From contig JAGYMF010000003.1 in the NCBI GenBank assembly GCA_018400695.1, forward strand, positions 1-42,881: a DNA stretch of 42,881 nucleotides, given 5' to 3'. This DNA is from Bacteroidales bacterium (lineage in GTDB: Bacteria; Bacteroidota; Bacteroidia; Bacteroidales; GCA-2748055). Below are positions 37,911 through 42,881 of this stretch, piece by piece. Numbering within the stretch: the first letter of the stretch is position 1; each line of letters begins with the position of its first letter. A program made the position numbers and the translations under genes. The notes below the pieces were generated by a model. That model was not told the DNA's origin, searched no databases, and saw only the letters and a program-made list of their open reading frames with translations.

Positions 37911-39302
37911 TTATTTTTCATTTGTATAATCAAGTTCCCTGACGGTGCTTTGTACTTTACCGTCCGACATGCGGGTCTCCAGTGTGTCGCCCTTTTCCAA
38001 CTCCTTTACCGACTTCACGATCTTCCCGTTGCTGTATGTGATGCTGTACCCGCGTGACAGGATTTTTTCTGGTCTGAGATATTCGAGTGACCGTTCTGCC
38101 TGTCTGATCTTCTCATGGCCCGACCGGAGCCGTTCGGCAATGGTCCGGTGTTGCCGCTCTTTCATGCTGAGCAGATCGCGTTTACGGTGGTCATGGAGGT
38201 TTTTCCACAGGTATTTCAGCTTGCCCGACTGGTCGGCGATATTGGTGGAAGCGGCCTTGAGGAGTTTCGCTGTTGAGGTGAGGATCCCGGTACGGTATAC
38301 TTCCAGTGCATGGTTTTCGCGGGTTACATACTGCCGTGTAAGGTGTTGTATATCGGACGCTTTCTGAGCAAGTGTATGGTTCTCCTGTTGTATGATCCGC
38401 TCAACCGTATAGGAGAAGCGCTCCTGCAGGCGGTCGAGCAGACCGGAGAATTCCAGCAGGCGGTCGACCAGGAACTCAGCCACCGCTGTAGGGGTTTTCA
38501 GGTGTTGGTGTGCTACCATGTCTGCAATTGTTTCGTCCCGCTCATGGCCTATCCCGGTGAGTACCGGGATGGGAAACTGGGCAATGTTCATGGCAAGTTC
38601 GTAACCGTTGAAGCAGTCCAGGTCGGCCTGTGATCCTCCGCCCCTGATCAGCACTGCGGCGTCAAATGAGCGTTCAGCCAGGAAAACCCGTTCCAGGGCA
38701 GCGATGATCGACCGTTCGGCAGACTCTCCCTGTACGATGGCGGGAAAGAGGGTGACGGAAAAACCGAATCCATAGCTGTTGTTCACCAGGGTGCCGATGA
38801 AATCTCCGTAACCGGCTGCGGTTTCTGATGAGATGACCGCGATGCGTTGGGGTACATCGGTCAGCACCAGCTCCCGGTTCATCTCCATGATCCCTGCCTC
38901 TTGCAACTGCCTGATCACCTCTCTTTTTTTCATGGCCAGATCGCCCATGGTGTAGGAGGGGTCGATATCGCTGATATTCAGGCTTAGTCCGTACACGGGA
39001 TGGAAGCTGACCTCTGCTTTTATGAGCACTTTGATCCCTGGTTGGAGCTGGGTGCCGGAGGTCGATTCGAAATACGATCTGAGCATGCGGAACCTGGAGG
39101 ACCAGATTGTGGCCCTGTTTTTAGCGACGATATTGCTATCGGTTTCAGATTTTTCGATCAGTTCCATGTAGCAGTGTCCCGACCGGTTGATGTGCATCTC
39201 ATGGATCTCGGCAATGACCCAGACAGCATCCGGAAATGCCTCTTGCATGGCATTGCGGATCTGCAGGTTCAGGCTGCTGAGAGTGATGCTTTCGGGTGTC
39301 AT
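37911..39302 (-). CDS. xseA: Exodeoxyribonuclease VII large subunit
   Basis: OB fold SGHCYMELIE; IRGGGS, TGIGHERD, TPTAVAE, LSRGYSI. Confidence 0.95.
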   Translation of the reverse strand: MTPESITLSSLNLQIRNAMQEAFPDAVWVIAEIHEMHINRSGHCYMELIEKSETDSNIVAKNRATIWSSRFRMLRSYFESTSGTQLQPGIKVLIKAEVSFHPVYGLSLNISDIDPSYTMGDLAMKKREVIRQLQEAGIMEMNRELVLTDVPQRIAVISSETAAGYGDFIGTLVNNSYGFGFSVTLFPAIVQGESAERSIIAALERVFLAERSFDAAVLIRGGGSQADLDCFNGYELAMNIAQFPIPVLTGIGHERDETIADMVAHQHLKTPTAVAEFLVDRLLEFSGLLDRLQERFSYTVERIIQQENHTLAQKASDIQHLTRQYVTRENHALEVYRTGILTSTAKLLKAASTNIADQSGKLKYLWKNLHDHRKRDLLSMKERQHRTIAERLRSGHEKIRQAERSLEYLRPEKILSRGYSITYSNGKIVKSVKELEKGDTLETRMSDGKVQSTVRELDYTNEK

Positions 39303-40930
39303 TGTTGTTTGATTATCAAGTTTCTGTAAGATTCCCCATCGGATTCTGTTTCAACAACGTACATGCCAGGCGGGTCATCCGGAAGGGTGATTTGTCGTGT
39401 GGTGGTGTTGAATGTTTCCCGGTGTATGATCTTGCCCTGCAGGTTGTATACCACGACGGTGCATGGGGTGGATACTTCTCCTGGTATTTCAACCATGAAA
39501 TGGTCATTGAACGGATTTGGATATATTTTCAGCCTGCTGAAGGCGGGGGAAGATTTCACGGGTGTGATGGCGCGGCAGGCTCTTTTAAAACTGGGAATGC
39601 CGTAGCCGTAAGCAACATCCGGTGTGTCTGCATGGTCTCCCGATTCCAGTATCCATTGCATCAGCGTTGTCGAGGAGAGGGTGGGGAAGGCCTGCCACAA
39701 TACTGCTGTTGCACCTGCGATCATGGGCGATGCATAGGAGGTGCCTGCACCGAGGCTGATCTCCCCGGTGGTGGACTGCACTGCAGTGCGGACCCCCATG
39801 GCGGAGACGTCTGGTTTGATTCTCCGGTCGTAGGTGGGGCCCCGCGAGCTGAACGGTGCCACGATGCCTGATGCGTCTACCGCCCCAACGGTCAGGATGT
39901 CTGTAGCATCTCCGGGGGCACCAATATGGTACCAGGGATCATTGCCTGAGTTACCGGCACTGGTCACGCTGATCATTCCCCTGGTGGCTGTCATGCTGTT
40001 CGCAAAAGAGCTATGGGCGGTTTTTCCGTCCATATCCATGTAGCTGTAGTTTGTGGATGGATCGTCGAATGTGGTATACCCCAGGCTTGTATTGATGATA
40101 TCCGCACCCAGGCTGTCGGCCCATTCTGCCGCTTCGATCCATGCAAATTCTTCTATCCGTGTCTCTGACTGCACATTTTCGGTGAGTGCGAGTACCACCT
40201 GTGCATCCGGAGCTGTGCCCATGAGAGAGTCGGGCCAGTTGCCGATAATGATCGAGCTGACGTGGGTACCATGGGAGTGGCTGTTGTAAACGTCCTGGTT
40301 CCGATCCACAAAATTACGTTGTGCAACGATCTGTCCGCCGTTAAAGGGTTCTGTAAAGGCCGGAAGTGTGGGCAGTGCTGCGAAACCGGCATCGAGGACA
40401 GCGATCAGCAGCCCCTTTCCGGTGTACCCTTTTTCGTGCAGAAAATCGAGGTCAAGCTGTTTCACCTGGTCTTCCGCATATCCGTAGCGGTAACCTGGCG
40501 GAGTGGTTAAGGGTGCGGGAAACCTTTCTCCTGCCGGAATTTTTGGATAATGGAGGATGGCGGGGGATGGTTTCCACCGGACGGTGTCGACGAACGACAG
40601 GCGCATAAGAGTATCGGTCAGCAGGCTGTCACTGCTGGTGAGCAGCACACCGTTCAGCCATTTTGATGTATGCCTGATCTCTGCACCGAGGGCTGCCAGA
40701 CTGTCTACATAATTCCGGGTTACGGGAAGATCATTTTCATCGATGGGCCATGATTGCCAGGCACGTCTGTCGATGGCCCGGCGTGACAGGAAGGCTTCCG
40801 GCTGATCGATGGAATAGCCATTGTTCGCTTTATCGGTAAAATAGAACCAATAGGTGTTTTCAGCTACCCGCTGACCGGATGCTGCAAGTGCAAATAGCAG
40901 TCCCGTGAAAAACAGTATTTCCCTTTTCAT
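39299..40930 (-). CDS. S8 (subtilisin-like) serine peptidase with T9SS CTD
   Basis: Triad motifs IAVLDAGF, HGTHV, GTSYASP; SAGNSG oxyanion; CTD KIYPNPF; ATGA overlap with xseA. Confidence 0.93.
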   Translation of the reverse strand: MKREILFFTGLLFALAASGQRVAENTYWFYFTDKANNGYSIDQPEAFLSRRAIDRRAWQSWPIDENDLPVTRNYVDSLAALGAEIRHTSKWLNGVLLTSSDSLLTDTLMRLSFVDTVRWKPSPAILHYPKIPAGERFPAPLTTPPGYRYGYAEDQVKQLDLDFLHEKGYTGKGLLIAVLDAGFAALPTLPAFTEPFNGGQIVAQRNFVDRNQDVYNSHSHGTHVSSIIIGNWPDSLMGTAPDAQVVLALTENVQSETRIEEFAWIEAAEWADSLGADIINTSLGYTTFDDPSTNYSYMDMDGKTAHSSFANSMTATRGMISVTSAGNSGNDPWYHIGAPGDATDILTVGAVDASGIVAPFSSRGPTYDRRIKPDVSAMGVRTAVQSTTGEISLGAGTSYASPMIAGATAVLWQAFPTLSSTTLMQWILESGDHADTPDVAYGYGIPSFKRACRAITPVKSSPAFSRLKIYPNPFNDHFMVEIPGEVSTPCTVVVYNLQGKIIHRETFNTTTRQITLPDDPPGMYVVETESDGESYRNLIIKQQ

Positions 40931-40973
40931 GATCCATTAAAGATAGTAAAATGGTTTGCAGCATCAACCATTT

Positions 40974-41738
40974 TTACTGACCGGGGTCTGCAGGGTCGGG
41001 AATTTTCCCTTCACTTTCCTCGAGTTGCTGAAGGAAATCTTCATATTTTTTTTCCAGCACTTCCGGGTTCAGGACCTTACCTTTGTTGTATTTCACGACC
41101 GACAGCAGGTCTCCCTCTTCTGAGTAGTATTTCCAGTCACCATCTTTCAGGTCATGGTAATACTGCCCCGAGATCTGCAGTTCGCCTTCAGGGTAGAGGG
41201 CTGTATAGGCTCCGTGAAGCATTCCCCCGGTGTAATTTGCAATCAGCATGGTGTCGCCCGATTCAAAGAAACGGAGCCAGGGGCCCTCCCGGGTATCCTG
41301 AACGAAATGCACCTGCTGGGAGACTTTTCCAGAGGGGTAGTAGTTTTCTGTCAGCCCCGACAACTTCCCTTTGTCATATGTCTCTTTCATTCTCATGTTT
41401 CCGTCAGGTCCGAGGTACAGCCATGTAGAGTCTTTCATTTGTGCTTCGTACACCCCTTTTGCACTAAGACGTCCCTGCTTTGAATACATTTCAACATAGC
41501 ATCTGTCAGTGCCGTGCCGGAAGTTCATGGTTGCTTCGAGCAGTCCGTCTTCATCATATCTTTTCATGATGCCGACGGGTTTCCCATTCCTGAATTCAGC
41601 TTCATAGCGAAGCGTGGTATCGGCATAATAGCCTGTCCAGGGCCCCGTACGTTTTCCATTGCTGTCGTATGCGTTCTGAGCAACTGCTGCAGTGGACAGT
41701 GCAGCGATCAATATGGCAGTGCGTATTCGAAATATCAT
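40974..41738 (-). CDS. Exported MORN-variant repeat protein (YwqK-like)
   Basis: Signal peptide; repeated G-x-W-x-x-Y/F-x-x-x-G units ([31 protein letters not shown]). Confidence 0.82.
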   Translation of the reverse strand: MIFRIRTAILIAALSTAAVAQNAYDSNGKRTGPWTGYYADTTLRYEAEFRNGKPVGIMKRYDEDGLLEATMNFRHGTDRCYVEMYSKQGRLSAKGVYEAQMKDSTWLYLGPDGNMRMKETYDKGKLSGLTENYYPSGKVSQQVHFVQDTREGPWLRFFESGDTMLIANYTGGMLHGAYTALYPEGELQISGQYYHDLKDGDWKYYSEEGDLLSVVKYNKGKVLNPEVLEKKYEDFLQQLEESEGKIPDPADPGQ

Positions 41739-41786
41739 CTGAAAAATCTTTTTTTAAAAACGTGGTGTCGGAAAAAATGTTATGTC

Positions 41787-41794
41787 CAAAGATA
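41787..41794 (-). promoter_or_regulatory. Bacteroidota -7 promoter element for the MORN-S8-xseAB genes
   Basis: TATCTTTG on the minus strand, about 50 bp upstream of ATG 41738. Confidence 0.5.
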
Positions 41795-41827
41795 ATAAAA
41801 GGGGCTGCCTCAGAAAAGCAGCCCCTT
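41793..41827 (-). terminator. Rho-independent terminator of dnaK
   Basis: aaggggctgc-N9-gcagcccctt stem followed by a T-rich tail on the minus strand. Confidence 0.8.
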
Positions 41828-41868
41828 GATAATTCAGAGTTTGTCAATAGCGTCGGCGTGGACAGACA

Positions 41869-42881
41869 CTATTTAACCTCTTCGAAGTCCACATCGGTTA
41901 CCTCGCCGTCATCGTCTTTCTTCTCCTGGTTTCCGGCAGGTTCGCCTTCTGGCTGTTGTTGTTCAGCCTGCTGGCTCGCATTGTACATATCCTGTGAAGC
42001 GGCCTGCCATGCTGCGTTGAGCTCCTCGGTGGCAGCATCGATTGCGGCAATGTCTTCAGATTTGTGGGCCTCTTTCAGTTTGCCCAGTGCATCTTCGATC
42101 ACCTGTTTCTTCTCTGCCGGCAGTTTTTCTCCGTACTCTTTCAGCTGTTTTTCTGACTGGAAGATCAGGCTGTCGGCATTGTTCAGTTTTTCGATCTTCT
42201 CTTTCGCAGCCTTGTCGGTCTCCTCATTGGCCTTGGCCTCCTGTTTCATCTTTTCAATCTCATCCTCTGTCAGCCCGGAAGAAGCCTCGATCCGGATGCT
42301 CTGTTCTTTGCCAGTGCCTTTGTCGCGGGCTGAAACATTCAGGATCCCGTTGGCATCAATATCAAAGGTTACCTCGATCTGCGGCACACCGCGTGGTGAA
42401 GGCGGGATTCCGTCAAGGTGGAACCGTCCGATGGTCTTGTTGTCTTTCGCCATGGAGCGTTCTCCCTGCAGCACATGGATCTCTACGGAGGGCTGGTTAT
42501 CTGCCGCCGTGGTAAAAGTCTGTGCCTTTTTCGTTGGGATCGTTGTATTGGATTCGATCAGCTTCGTGGACACACCGCCCATGGTCTCAATACCCAGTGA
42601 AAGCGGGGTTACGTCGAGCAGCAGTACATCCTTCACCTCACCGGTAAGCACACCGCCCTGGATGGCTGCGCCGATGGCTACCACTTCATCAGGGTTTACA
42701 CCTTTAGAAGGGGCCCTGCCGAAGAACTCCTGCACCACTTTCTGGATGGCAGGAATCCGTGTGGATCCGCCCACGAGGATTACCTCGTTGATATCTGAAG
42801 ATGAAAGTCCTGCGTCTTTCATTGCCTTTTTACATGGCTCAATGGTCGCCTGGATCAGTTTGTCTGCAAGGCTTTCAAACT
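41869..42881 (-). CDS. dnaK: Chaperone DnaK (Hsp70), C-terminal part; 5'-truncated by window edge
   Basis: [39 protein letters not shown]-terminal DVDFEEVK. Confidence 0.98.
   Translation of the reverse strand, partial: FESLADKLIQATIEPCKKAMKDAGLSSSDINEVILVGGSTRIPAIQKVVQEFFGRAPSKGVNPDEVVAIGAAIQGGVLTGEVKDVLLLDVTPLSLGIETMGGVSTKLIESNTTIPTKKAQTFTTAADNQPSVEIHVLQGERSMAKDNKTIGRFHLDGIPPSPRGVPQIEVTFDIDANGILNVSARDKGTGKEQSIRIEASSGLTEDEIEKMKQEAKANEETDKAAKEKIEKLNNADSLIFQSEKQLKEYGEKLPAEKKQVIEDALGKLKEAHKSEDIAAIDAATEELNAAWQAASQDMYNASQQAEQQQPEGEPAGNQEKKDDDGEVTDVDFEEVK

Noticed and set aside
40974-41738. YwqK-type antitoxin / toxin-antitoxin system
   Set aside because: Has a signal peptide and no neighbouring toxin; the label only reflects MORN-variant repeats

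Overview
42.9-kb chromosomal window from a Bacteroidota (Bacteroidales-like) bacterium. The assignment rests on four T9SS C-terminal-domain cargo proteins, TAnnTTTG promoter elements and a GAFTDA-type sigma-54 activator. The left third (about 0.6-12.5 kb) is an accessory stretch of secreted and surface proteins: an LTD-cohesin-Ig-dockerin T9SS protein, an apparently circularly permuted Cys-free peroxiredoxin-fold protein, a multidomain adhesin, a TlpA-like redoxin, and an AT-richer 3.5-kb insert. The insert is bounded by a perfect 28-bp direct repeat, has no integrase, and carries one FISUMP/BNR T9SS gene whose signal peptide is out of frame in an A7 tract. The remainder is mostly core: Ala/Gly symporter, membrane MutS-like ATPase, sigma-54 two-component system with a divergent MFP-TolC pair, amidohydrolase, CCA enzyme, EEP nuclease, TPP riboswitch with TonB-dependent receptor, hybrid kinase, peptide-binding lipoprotein, xseAB, S8 protease, MORN protein and partial dnaK. 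Two intergenic arrays of the same variable-length AAC(TC)n-type repeat occur at about 15.8 kb and 30.1 kb, the second as an inverted pair. No tRNA, rRNA, CRISPR array, transposase or integrase was seen. All calls come from manual reading, with no database searches.
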